Assembly (NCBI GenBank): GCA_965249135.1
Contig: OZ252220.1
Coordinates: 352,001-416,000, forward strand
From: Alphaproteobacteria bacterium
GTDB lineage: Bacteria > Pseudomonadota > Alphaproteobacteria > GCA-2746255
Length of the DNA stretch: 64,000 nt
Reading direction: 5' to 3'
Below are positions 39,677 through 48,589 of the stretch, piece after piece. The position numbers were made by a program, and so were the translations under genes. The first letter of the stretch is position 1; each line of letters begins with the position of its first letter. A model generated the notes under the pieces. That model did not search any database and was not told where the DNA came from. It saw only the letters and a list, made by a program, of their open reading frames with translations.

Positions 39677-41377
39677 CTAGAAGACCGGCGTTTCGCGATA
39701 GGTCCCCCAAAGCTCCCTTAGGGCCTCGACGATGTCGCCCATGGAGGCGCCTGCCTTCACCAGCTCGACGGTGAGCGGCATCACGTTCTTCGTTTCGTCC
39801 TTCGCCACCTCGACGAGTTCCTTCAACAATTGCTGAACCTTCGCTTCGTCGCGGTCTTTTCGCACCTGGTTCAGCCGCCCGACCTGGCGTTCCGTGATGG
39901 TCTCGTCGTGGGCGTGGAGTTCCACGTCCAGCTTTTCGTCTTCTTCCGTGAACCGGTTGACGCCGATCAGCGGGTATTCGCCGCTCGCCTTCTTCGTCGC
40001 CGTCTCGTAGGCAAAATCGGCGATCTGGCGCTGGAACCAGCCTTCCTCGATCAGCTTCACCGTGCCGCCATGGGCATCGACCTCGTCGAGGATGCGGAAG
40101 GTTTCCTTCTCGAAGTAGGTCGTCAGGTTCTCGACGTAGTAGGACCCGCCCAATGGGTCGGCGACTTGGCTCACGTTCGATTCCTCGGCGATGACCTGCT
40201 GGGTGCGAAGCGCCAGCTTCATCGCCTCTTCCGTCGGAATGGCGAAGGCTTCGTCCATGCCGTTCACGTGCAGGCTTTGGGCGCCGCCCAGAACCGCAGA
40301 CAAGGCCTGTAGGGTCGTCCGCACGGTGTTGACGCGATATTGCGGCTTGGTCAGTGTCGCGGCGGCCGTTCCGCAGTGGAAACGTAGCCGCATCGATTCC
40401 GGGGATCGAGCCCCGAAGCGCTCCTTCATGATCTTCGCGTAGATGCGGCGTGCCGCCCGGAACTTGGCGATCTCCTCGAAGAAGTCCCGTTGGCAGACGA
40501 AGAAGAAGGAGAGGCGGGGCGCGAAGTCGTCGACGTCGATGCCGGCCTTCGTCACCTCGTCCACATAGGTGATCGTGTTCGCCATGGTGAAGGCGAGCTC
40601 CTGCAGCGGCGAGGAGCCGGCCTCCGAGATGTGATAGCCGGAGATGTTGATCGGGTTGAAGCGCTGCATGTGCTCGGCGCAGAACGTGATGCAATCGCGC
40701 ACGATGCGCACGGAGGGCCGGATCGGGTAGATCCATTCCTTTTGCGCCATGTACTCCTTCAGGATGTCGGCCTGGATGGTGCCGGCAAGCCGATGGGGGT
40801 CGAAGCCGCGCTTCTCGCCAAGGGCGTAGTACATGGCGAGCAGGATCCAGGCCGAAGGATTGATCGTCATGGAGACGGAGATGTTTTCCAGATCGATGTC
40901 GGCGTAGAGCGCTTCCATGTCGGCCAAGGTGTCGACGGCGACGCCTTCGCGGCCGACCTCGCCGGTGCTCATCGGGTGGTCCGAGTCGTAGCCCATCAGC
41001 GTCGGCATATCGAAATCCGTCGAGATGCCGGTCTGGCCCTGCGCAATCAGGTATTTGAAACGCCGGTTTGTGTCTTCACCCGTGCCGAAGCCGGCGATCT
41101 GGCGCATCGTCCAGGTGCGGCCGCGATACATGGTCGGGTAGGGGCCGCGGGTGAAAGGATATTGCCCGGGAAGCCCGATGTCCTCGATCGGGGTATCCTG
41201 CAGGTCGAGCGCCGTATAGACCCGCTTCACCGGAATGTCACCGAAGGTGGAAAAATCCTCCTTCTGTTCCGGCTGGCGTTTCAGGAAATGGGCGAGCTCT
41301 TCCTTCTCCCACTTCTCGAGCTGCTGCTCGAGCTGTTCGCGCGCCATGTTGTCCAGGGCCTGCTTCTCGTTGATCAT
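39677..41377 (-). CDS. hcmA: 2-hydroxyisobutyryl-CoA mutase large subunit, variant copy (Gly336)
   Basis: RQIAGFG (Ile94) and STDFDMPT (Asp121) Hcm signature; RFHCGT and SLHVNG in place of canonical RFHCQT and SLHTNG. Confidence 0.85.
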   Translation of the reverse strand: MINEKQALDNMAREQLEQQLEKWEKEELAHFLKRQPEQKEDFSTFGDIPVKRVYTALDLQDTPIEDIGLPGQYPFTRGPYPTMYRGRTWTMRQIAGFGTGEDTNRRFKYLIAQGQTGISTDFDMPTLMGYDSDHPMSTGEVGREGVAVDTLADMEALYADIDLENISVSMTINPSAWILLAMYYALGEKRGFDPHRLAGTIQADILKEYMAQKEWIYPIRPSVRIVRDCITFCAEHMQRFNPINISGYHISEAGSSPLQELAFTMANTITYVDEVTKAGIDVDDFAPRLSFFFVCQRDFFEEIAKFRAARRIYAKIMKERFGARSPESMRLRFHCGTAAATLTKPQYRVNTVRTTLQALSAVLGGAQSLHVNGMDEAFAIPTEEAMKLALRTQQVIAEESNVSQVADPLGGSYYVENLTTYFEKETFRILDEVDAHGGTVKLIEEGWFQRQIADFAYETATKKASGEYPLIGVNRFTEEDEKLDVELHAHDETITERQVGRLNQVRKDRDEAKVQQLLKELVEVAKDETKNVMPLTVELVKAGASMGDIVEALRELWGTYRETPVF

Positions 41378-41396
41378 CGCCTATCCTTTAAGCCGC

Positions 41397-43097
41397 CTAG
41401 AAGACCGGCGTTTCGCGATAGGTCCCCCAAAGCTCCCTTAGGGCCTCGACGATGTCGCCCATGGAGGCGCCTGCCTTCACCAGCTCGACGGTGAGCGGCA
41501 TCACGTTCTTCGTTTCGTCCTTCGCCACCTCGACGAGTTCCTTCAACAATTGCTGAACCTTCGCTTCGTCGCGGTCTTTTCGCACCTGGTTCAGCCGCCC
41601 GACCTGGCGTTCCGTGATGGTCTCGTCGTGGGCGTGGAGTTCCACGTCCAGCTTTTCGTCTTCTTCCGTGAACCGGTTGACGCCGATCAGCGGGTATTCG
41701 CCGCTCGCCTTCTTCGTCGCCGTCTCGTAGGCAAAATCGGCGATCTGGCGCTGGAACCAGCCTTCCTCGATCAGCTTCACCGTGCCGCCATGGGCATCGA
41801 CCTCGTCGAGGATGCGGAAGGTTTCCTTCTCGAAGTAGGTCGTCAGGTTCTCGACGTAGTAGGACCCGCCCAATGGGTCGGCGACTTGGCTCACGTTCGA
41901 TTCCTCGGCGATGACCTGCTGGGTGCGAAGCGCCAGCTTCATCGCCTCTTCCGTCGGAATGGCGAAGGCTTCGTCCATGCCGTTCGTGTGCAGGCTTTGG
42001 GCGCCGCCCAGAACCGCAGACAAGGCCTGCAAGGCCGTCCGGATGATGTTCACTTGATACTGCGGCTTGGTGAGCGTGGCTGCCGCCGTTTGACAGTGGA
42101 AACGTAGCCGCATCGATTCCGGGGATCGAGCCCCGAAGCGCTCCTTCATGATCTTCGCGTAGATGCGGCGTGCCGCCCGGAACTTGGCGATCTCCTCGAA
42201 GAAGTCCCGTTGGCAGACGAAGAAGAAGGAGAGGCGGGGCGCGAAGTCGTCGACGTCGATGCCGGCCTTCGTCACCTCGTCCACATAGGTGATCGTGTTC
42301 GCCATGGTGAAGGCGAGCTCCTGCAGCGGCGAGGAGCCGGCCTCCGAGATGTGATAGCCGGAGATGTTGATCGGGTTGAAGCGCTGCATGTGCTCGGCGC
42401 AGAACGTGATGCAATCGCGCACGATGCGCACGGAGGGCCGGATCGGGTAGATCCATTCCTTTTGCGCCATGTACTCCTTCAGGATGTCGGCCTGGATGGT
42501 GCCGGCAAGCCGATGGGGGTCGAAGCCGCGCTTCTCGCCAAGGGCGTAGTACATGGCGAGCAGGATCCAGGCCGAAGGATTGATCGTCATGGAGACGGAG
42601 ATGTTTTCCAGATCGATGTCGGCGTAGAGCGCTTCCATGTCGGCCAAGGTGTCGACGGCGACGCCTTCGCGGCCGACCTCGCCGGTGCTCATCGGGTGGT
42701 CCGAGTCGTAGCCCATCAGCGTCGGCATATCGAAATCCGTCGAGATGCCGGTCTGGCCCTGCGCAATCAGGTATTTGAAACGCCGGTTTGTGTCTTCACC
42801 CGTGCCGAAGCCGGCGATCTGGCGCATCGTCCAGGTGCGGCCGCGATACATGGTCGGGTAGGGGCCGCGGGTGAAAGGATATTGCCCGGGAAGCCCGATG
42901 TCCTCGATCGGGGTATCCTGCAGGTCGAGCGCCGTATAGACCCGCTTCACCGGAATGTCACCGAAGGTGGAAAAATCCTCCTTCTGTTCCGGCTGGCGTT
43001 TCAGGAAATGGGCGAGCTCTTCCTTCTCCCACTTCTCGAGCTGCTGCTCGAGCTGTTCGCGCGCCATGTTGTCCAGGGCCTGCTTCTCGTTGATCAT
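41397..43097 (-). CDS. hcmA: 2-hydroxyisobutyryl-CoA mutase large subunit, canonical copy
   Basis: Ile94/Asp121 signature; canonical RFHCQT and SLHTNGMDE; no B12-binding domain. Confidence 0.9.
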   Translation of the reverse strand: MINEKQALDNMAREQLEQQLEKWEKEELAHFLKRQPEQKEDFSTFGDIPVKRVYTALDLQDTPIEDIGLPGQYPFTRGPYPTMYRGRTWTMRQIAGFGTGEDTNRRFKYLIAQGQTGISTDFDMPTLMGYDSDHPMSTGEVGREGVAVDTLADMEALYADIDLENISVSMTINPSAWILLAMYYALGEKRGFDPHRLAGTIQADILKEYMAQKEWIYPIRPSVRIVRDCITFCAEHMQRFNPINISGYHISEAGSSPLQELAFTMANTITYVDEVTKAGIDVDDFAPRLSFFFVCQRDFFEEIAKFRAARRIYAKIMKERFGARSPESMRLRFHCQTAAATLTKPQYQVNIIRTALQALSAVLGGAQSLHTNGMDEAFAIPTEEAMKLALRTQQVIAEESNVSQVADPLGGSYYVENLTTYFEKETFRILDEVDAHGGTVKLIEEGWFQRQIADFAYETATKKASGEYPLIGVNRFTEEDEKLDVELHAHDETITERQVGRLNQVRKDRDEAKVQQLLKELVEVAKDETKNVMPLTVELVKAGASMGDIVEALRELWGTYRETPVF

Positions 43098-43100
43098 CGC

Positions 43101-44069
43101 CTATCCTTCCAACCGCATCTCGGCGAGCAGATCCACCGCCGCCGTGTATGGGTTCTTTTCATGGGCCATCATCTGGCCGATCAGTGCCGAGACTTTCCCG
43201 TCCCGGTGTTTCTTGAATTCGTCGCGCAAGATTTCTTCGGCCGTCTTCAACATCCGCCGTTCGGCGATTTGCTTTTTCCGTTCGGCGATTTCGCCGGAGG
43301 ATTCGAGGGCTTGCCGATGACGGTCGACCGCATCGACAAGCCCATCGATCCCCTCGGCCTTGAGCGCGCTCGTCGCGATCACCGGGACCTCCCAGCCGGA
43401 AGCCCCCGCAAGCGTTAATCCCAACGTCATCATAGCCTTTAAGTCGACGATCGTCCGGTTCGCATCCGGCCGGTCGCACTTGCTGACGACATGGATGTCC
43501 GCAATTTCAAGGATGCCCGCCTTGATCGCCTGGATGTCGTCGCCAAGACCGGGGGCGGAGATGACGACCGTCGTGTGCGCCGCCTGCACGATGTCCACCT
43601 CGTCCTGGCCGACGCCCACCGTCTCGATCAGGACCAAATCGAAACCGGCGGCATCCAGCACATCGACCGCATCCAGCGTGGATCGCGCCAGACCACCGAG
43701 CATGCCCCGCGTCGCCATGCTGCGGATGAAGATCCCCTTATCCCCCGAAAGCTCGTTCATCCGGATGCGATCGCCGAGGATGGCGCCGCCGGAGTAGGGG
43801 CTCGAGGGATCGATGGCGACGACGGCGATCTTGCGGTCGGACTTACGGACGGCGGCCATCAATTTTCCCATCAGTGTCGACTTGCCGCTTCCGGGAACGC
43901 CGGTGATGCCGACGATGTGCGCTCTTCCCGTGTGCCGATAGATATCGGCCATGGCCGGCCGGCACTCCTCGAGGCCCGACTCCGCGCGGGTGATCATCCG
44001 CGCGATCGCGCCGATGTCGGCGGCGAGCACCCGCTCGACGAGCTCAATGGAGGGGACGGCGTTGTTCAT
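43101..44069 (-). CDS. meaH: MeaB-family G-protein chaperone of the mutase
   Basis: GVPGSGKST, DPSSPYSGGAILGDRIRM, ETVGVGQ and GDDIQAIKAG. Confidence 0.9.
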   Translation of the reverse strand: MNNAVPSIELVERVLAADIGAIARMITRAESGLEECRPAMADIYRHTGRAHIVGITGVPGSGKSTLMGKLMAAVRKSDRKIAVVAIDPSSPYSGGAILGDRIRMNELSGDKGIFIRSMATRGMLGGLARSTLDAVDVLDAAGFDLVLIETVGVGQDEVDIVQAAHTTVVISAPGLGDDIQAIKAGILEIADIHVVSKCDRPDANRTIVDLKAMMTLGLTLAGASGWEVPVIATSALKAEGIDGLVDAVDRHRQALESSGEIAERKKQIAERRMLKTAEEILRDEFKKHRDGKVSALIGQMMAHEKNPYTAAVDLLAEMRLEG

Positions 44070-44073
44070 GGCG

Positions 44074-45507
44074 TCACGATCCGGTCATCTTATCTTGCAT
44101 CTCCCGGAAGACATCGCGGTCGTCGATGACGCGACGCGCCTTGAAGTCCGTCCGGGGGATCGAGTTAAGGGGCACGATCTCGACCTTCGTGCGCACCCCC
44201 AACACGCGTTGCAGATTGTCGGCGACGGTGATCCGGAAGCCCGTTATTGCTTCTTCGCCACGCTCGTGGAGCTCGGACGTTGCTTCCACGCGGACCAGCA
44301 ATTCATCCATGGTGCCCTCGCGCGAGACGATGATGCGGTGTTCGCCGCCATAGCCGTCGGTCTTGTTGAGGACGGCATCGATTTCGCTCGGATAGATGTT
44401 TTCCCCGCGAATCGTGAACTGATCGTCGATACGGCCGAAGATGCCGTGCGGAAGGTGCGGATAGGTCCGCCCGCATGGGGCGGGCCCGTCGTAGCGCCAC
44501 TCCGTGAGATCGCCAGACAGCAGGCGGATCATCGGCTGCGAGGTGCGCTCCAAATGCGTATAGACGGGCGTGCCCTTCTCGCCATAGGGGACGCGCCGGA
44601 AATTCACCGGATCGCACACTTCGCTATAGACGATGTCCTGCCACATCAGCATGCCTTCCGGCGTCCCTTCCGAGCCGGCGCAGTTCATCCATGGCGACAT
44701 CTCGGCCATCGAGCCGGAGTCGTAGATTTGGGCGCCATAGATAGCCTTGATCTTGTCGCGAATCCCGGGGATCGACGCCCCCGGCTCGCCGGAGAAGAAC
44801 AGGCATTTCAGGCCGAAGCTCTTCGGGTCCAGCCCTTCCTTGCGGGCCACCTCGCCCAGGTGCAGCGCATAGGAGGGCGTTCCATAAAAAGCCGTCGGCT
44901 TCATCTGATCGAGCCACTGGGCGGCGCGCGCGCTCATGCCGGGGGCGCCGGCGCCGAACGGGAAGGCCTTCGCGTGCAGGCGTTCGGCGCCGATCATCGC
45001 GCCCCACGAACCGAGGTAGAGGCTGAAGATCGCGGCGATGAAGATCGTATTGCCGGGGCGCAGGCCCATCCCGTAGATGATTCGCGCGTGCGCATTGGCA
45101 ATCGAGTCCCAATCGCCGCGGCCGATGGCGAACACGGTGGGCGTACCGGTGGTGCCGGACGTGCCGTGGATGTGATGGATCTCCGATTCGGGGATGCAAA
45201 GGTAATCGCCGAATTTCGGTGCCCGGGTTTGGGCCTCGCGCAAATCCTGTTTCGTCACCACCGGCACCTTGTCCTCGAAATCTTCGAGGGACTTCAGGTG
45301 GTCCGGATGAAAGCCCGCGTCGTCCCACTTCCGCTTGTAGAAGGGGGACTTGTCATAGGCGTAACGGGTGATCTCCTTGAGGCGTTCGAGTATCGCCTTT
45401 TCCCGGTCGCCTGGATCCATCGTTTCGCGCTTCGGAAACCAGTAGGGGGAAGCCGGATCCGGCAGGTAATCGGGATTGAATTTCGGTGGAAATGACCAGT
45501 CTTCCAT
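44074..45507 (-). CDS. hcl: 2-hydroxyisobutyrate-CoA ligase (PaaK-like ANL family)
   Basis: HGTSGTTG, SGEPG and GSMAE motifs; N-terminus MEDWSFPP..YWFPKRETM recalls Aquincola Hcl; lies between hcmB and meaH. Confidence 0.82.
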   Translation of the reverse strand: MEDWSFPPKFNPDYLPDPASPYWFPKRETMDPGDREKAILERLKEITRYAYDKSPFYKRKWDDAGFHPDHLKSLEDFEDKVPVVTKQDLREAQTRAPKFGDYLCIPESEIHHIHGTSGTTGTPTVFAIGRGDWDSIANAHARIIYGMGLRPGNTIFIAAIFSLYLGSWGAMIGAERLHAKAFPFGAGAPGMSARAAQWLDQMKPTAFYGTPSYALHLGEVARKEGLDPKSFGLKCLFFSGEPGASIPGIRDKIKAIYGAQIYDSGSMAEMSPWMNCAGSEGTPEGMLMWQDIVYSEVCDPVNFRRVPYGEKGTPVYTHLERTSQPMIRLLSGDLTEWRYDGPAPCGRTYPHLPHGIFGRIDDQFTIRGENIYPSEIDAVLNKTDGYGGEHRIIVSREGTMDELLVRVEATSELHERGEEAITGFRITVADNLQRVLGVRTKVEIVPLNSIPRTDFKARRVIDDRDVFREMQDKMTGS

Positions 45508-45525
45508 CTCGACTTTTCCTCCCGT

Positions 45526-45942
45526 CTAGCGTGGGCCGCGTTCGGCAACCAAACGCTGCATCGTCTCGATGATGGTTTGAGGGGGCGTGTCCTGTAGCAG
45601 GACCTCCTTCACCCCGATCTTTTTTAGCTTGTCGACTTCTTCATCCGGAATCACGCCGCCGCCGGTGACGATGATATCCTCGGCCTTGTTTTCCTTCAGC
45701 AATTCGATGAGGCGCGGGAACACGGTCATGTGGGCACCGGACAGGATGCTGACGCCGATGATGTCGACGTCTTCCTGAATCGCGGCACGGACGACTTCCT
45801 CCGGCGTGCGGTGTAGGCCGGTATAGATGACATCCATTCCGGCATCGCGAAGCGTGCGAGCCACGACTTTCACGCCACGGTCGTGGCCGTCCAGCCCGAC
45901 CTTTGCGATCAGTACGCGGATGATATCTGAACCCTGGCTCAT
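45526..45942 (-). CDS. hcmB: Mutase small cobalamin-binding subunit
   Basis: GLDGHDRG (DxHxxG), SILSGAH and GGVIP. Confidence 0.92.
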   Translation of the reverse strand: MSQGSDIIRVLIAKVGLDGHDRGVKVVARTLRDAGMDVIYTGLHRTPEEVVRAAIQEDVDIIGVSILSGAHMTVFPRLIELLKENKAEDIIVTGGGVIPDEEVDKLKKIGVKEVLLQDTPPQTIIETMQRLVAERGPR

Positions 45943-45975
45943 GGTCGAAACTCCCGGATTTTCTCGATCGGTTTC

Positions 45976-46647
45976 TTAGGCTGCCTGGCCGCTTTGCTTG
46001 TGAAGTACGTGCTGCAGTTTTTCGCTCGCCGCCTCGACGTGTTTTTGCGCCAGCGCTTCCGCTTCTTCGGCGTCGCCTTCGGCGATGGCGTCGAGGATCG
46101 CGTCGTGCTCCATCCACACGCTCTCGCCATAGCCTTCGATGCGCAGCACCGCACTCATCACACGCCGAAGGTGATTCAAGTAAAGGCGCATCGTATCGGC
46201 GACGATCGTGTTGCCGGAAAGTTCGTAAATCAGACGGTGAAACTCCATGTCCGCGGCGATCAGCTTCGCAACGGAACCATTGGCAATCGCCTTCTGGCCT
46301 TGGGCTACGATGCGTTTGCCCCGGGTGACGTCCTGGGCCGTCGCGTGTCTGGCCGCCAAGCGCGCCGCCAAGCGGTCGAGCGCGCTTCGAAACTCATAGA
46401 GCGAACGCACGAAGCCCTCCTCGAGGGGAGAGACCATCAGCCCCCGGCGGCCGGACTTGCAGACGAAGCCCTGGCTCTTCAGCAGCATCAGCGCCTGGCC
46501 GACCGGCTGGCGGGAGACGTTGAGCTGTTCGGCGATGCTCTCTTGGGCGAGGCGCTCGCTTGGGGGGAGGCGGCCGTCGCAGATGGAATCGAGGATGGTC
46601 GTGTAGACCTGTTCCATCATACGGGGTTGGACGAGAAGCTTGCGCAC
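45976..46647 (-). CDS. GntR-family (FCD) transcriptional regulator
   Basis: N-terminal wHTH (LNVSRQPV), D..FH...SGN and EH..ILDAI..GD; GTG start with AGGAGG RBS. Confidence 0.9.
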   Translation of the reverse strand: MRKLLVQPRMMEQVYTTILDSICDGRLPPSERLAQESIAEQLNVSRQPVGQALMLLKSQGFVCKSGRRGLMVSPLEEGFVRSLYEFRSALDRLAARLAARHATAQDVTRGKRIVAQGQKAIANGSVAKLIAADMEFHRLIYELSGNTIVADTMRLYLNHLRRVMSAVLRIEGYGESVWMEHDAILDAIAEGDAEEAEALAQKHVEAASEKLQHVLHKQSGQAA

Positions 46648-46660
46648 GGAATCCCTCCTA

Positions 46661-46685
46661 TTTATTGGATACTGTATACAATAAA
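46661..46685. promoter_or_regulatory. GntR operator 1
   Basis: Near-perfect palindrome TTTATTGGATAC-T-GTATACAATAAA just upstream of the gntR RBS. Confidence 0.75.
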
Positions 46686-46746
46686 CCGGACACGGCGCCG
46701 CCGCAAGAGGCTCGAAAAACAAGCAAATCTTTCAAACCCTTAGTCC

Positions 46747-48486
46747 TCATTCGTCCTCATTTCCGGCCTGCCAGGTGCGCTCGGCGCGGTCCCAGGCTTC
46801 CAGCGGCTGGGTGTCCGGCACCCAGGCTAGGCCCGACTTCCCATCGCCCGAGACCGCCTCGCGGGTCACCAGGACGTCGAGCACGGCCGGCGCGTTTTCG
46901 AAACAGCGTTCGATCGCATCGCCTAAATCCTCGACCCGCTCGACGCGTTCGCCATGGGCGCCAAGGGCGCGGGCCAGTGCGGCGTAATCCGAGTGGCGAA
47001 GTTCCGTGCCGACGAGGTTGCCGTCATAGGTGACGCGCTGGTCGTAGCATTCGATGTTCCAGGCGCCGTTATTGGCGACGACGAAGACCACCTTGGCACC
47101 GTGGCGGACGGCGGTGTCGACCTCGATCGCGTTGAATCCGAAGGAGCCATCCCCGGTTACGACGACGACCTGGCGGTCGGGCAGGGCAAGGGCGGCGGCG
47201 ATTCCAAACGGGACACCGACGCCGAGGCAACCCAAGGAGCCAGAGTCCATATAGGGGCCGGCCGACAGCGCCACGCGGGCGAAACTTAAGATGTCGCCGC
47301 CATCGGCAATGGTCACCGCATCCGGGGCGAGCTTCTCCTGCAAGATGCCGAGCAGGCGGTTCGGGTGCATGTGGCCGTCGCTTCCCGGTGCTGCCGTGGC
47401 GAGGAGGCGCGTGAATTTCTTCCGTTTCTTGCTGTGTTTCTCCCGCACGCCCTTCAGCCAGGCCCGGTCGACGGCGGGCTTTCGGTTGCCGGCCTCTTCC
47501 ACGATGGCGGTCAGCGCCAGCGCCGGTGTGGCCAGGATTTCAGCAAGCCCGCGCCGGTTGTCGCGAAGCTCGGATACGTATTCGGCCAGCCGTACGAAAC
47601 GCGCCTTCTTGAAGATGGCGGGCGATCCGTAGGCCAACTGGAAGTCGAGCCGTCGCCCGACGGTGAGCACGACGTCGGCTTCTGCCATCACCTGGCCGCG
47701 CAGCGAGGAAACCACCGCCGGGTGCGCATCGGGAACCAGACTGCGGCTTTCGGAGGTGTCGAGATAGACGGCATCCAGCGCATCGAGCAGGGCTAGAAGC
47801 TCAGGTCCCGCCTCCCTGGCACCGCGCCCGGAAACGACCAGCGGCCGCTTGGCGTTCCACAGCATCTCGACGGCGCGGCCCACGGCGTCGGCGTCCGGCA
47901 ACCGCTCGGGCTTCGGCTTTGCCTTTCGATGCTCCTCGAAGGCCAAATGGCCGGGCAAGTGTTCGCGCAGGAGATCGGTCGGAAAGTCGAGATAGACCGG
48001 GCCCGGCACGCAGCCGTCGCCGATCGCCCGGGCGAACGCCTCGTCGAGCGCCGGCAGCACGTGGGCCGCCTCCCGCACGGTCCGCGCATAGCGGGTGACG
48101 GAACGCAGCAGGTCCGTGTGCACCAGATCCTGGAGCGCGCCCATCCGTTCCTGGGGGCGGGGCGGCACGCCGGAGATGACGACGATCGGCGCCCGGGCCA
48201 CGTGGGCGTTGACGATGCCGGTCATCGCGTTCGTCACCCCGGGACCGGCCGTCGCCAAAACGACCCCGATGCCGCCGGTAAGTTCGGCATGGGCATGGGC
48301 CATATGGGCGGCGGCGCGCTCGTCACGGACATCCACGATACGGATCCCGCCCCGTGCGGCTTGGTCCCAGATCGGCATGACGTGACCGCCACACAGCCCG
48401 AAGATGCGGTCGATCCCACGCACGGCGAGGAATTCGGCGATCCGGCCGGCCACCGTCTCCGAGGCGGCGACGTCAGAGGCTCCCAT
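46747..48486 (-). CDS. ThDP-dependent 2-hydroxyacyl-CoA lyase-like enzyme
   Basis: GLCGGH, VRDE, GDGSFG...NNGAWNIE and C-terminal GLAWVPDTQPL, recalling actinobacterial 2-hydroxyisobutyryl-CoA lyase. Confidence 0.78.
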   Translation of the reverse strand: MGASDVAASETVAGRIAEFLAVRGIDRIFGLCGGHVMPIWDQAARGGIRIVDVRDERAAAHMAHAHAELTGGIGVVLATAGPGVTNAMTGIVNAHVARAPIVVISGVPPRPQERMGALQDLVHTDLLRSVTRYARTVREAAHVLPALDEAFARAIGDGCVPGPVYLDFPTDLLREHLPGHLAFEEHRKAKPKPERLPDADAVGRAVEMLWNAKRPLVVSGRGAREAGPELLALLDALDAVYLDTSESRSLVPDAHPAVVSSLRGQVMAEADVVLTVGRRLDFQLAYGSPAIFKKARFVRLAEYVSELRDNRRGLAEILATPALALTAIVEEAGNRKPAVDRAWLKGVREKHSKKRKKFTRLLATAAPGSDGHMHPNRLLGILQEKLAPDAVTIADGGDILSFARVALSAGPYMDSGSLGCLGVGVPFGIAAALALPDRQVVVVTGDGSFGFNAIEVDTAVRHGAKVVFVVANNGAWNIECYDQRVTYDGNLVGTELRHSDYAALARALGAHGERVERVEDLGDAIERCFENAPAVLDVLVTREAVSGDGKSGLAWVPDTQPLEAWDRAERTWQAGNEDE

Positions 48487-48551
48487 GCGGCGTTCTCCCA
48501 AGGGCAAATCGCATTAACTATTTGAATTATATATATTATATATTAGTTTAT

Positions 48552-48568
48552 TTGCATACTGTATACGA
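48552..48568. promoter_or_regulatory. GntR operator 2
   Basis: TTGCATACTGTATACGA matches the operator 1 core TTGGATACTGTATACAA at 15/17; upstream of the lyase gene. Confidence 0.7.
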
Positions 48569-48589
48569 TTTACAGGGGCTTCACAATGC

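Larger units (their letters stand above)
39676..43108. repeat. Tandem direct repeat, 2 x 1713 bp (39676-41388 and 41396-43108), 7-bp spacer
   Basis: Comparison at offset 1720; mismatches found only at 40266-40373 versus 41986-42093; the translated proteins are identical elsewhere. Confidence 0.93.

Noticed and set aside
40266-42093. Diversity-generating retroelement (TR/VR pair) as the cause of the hcmA patch
   Set aside because: Differences are not adenine-specific on either strand, half are synonymous, and no reverse transcriptase is in the window
39677-43097. Ordinary methylmalonyl-CoA or isobutyryl-CoA mutase
   Set aside because: The specificity position is Ile (RQIAG), not Tyr or Phe, with Asp121 and an hcl-like ligase next door
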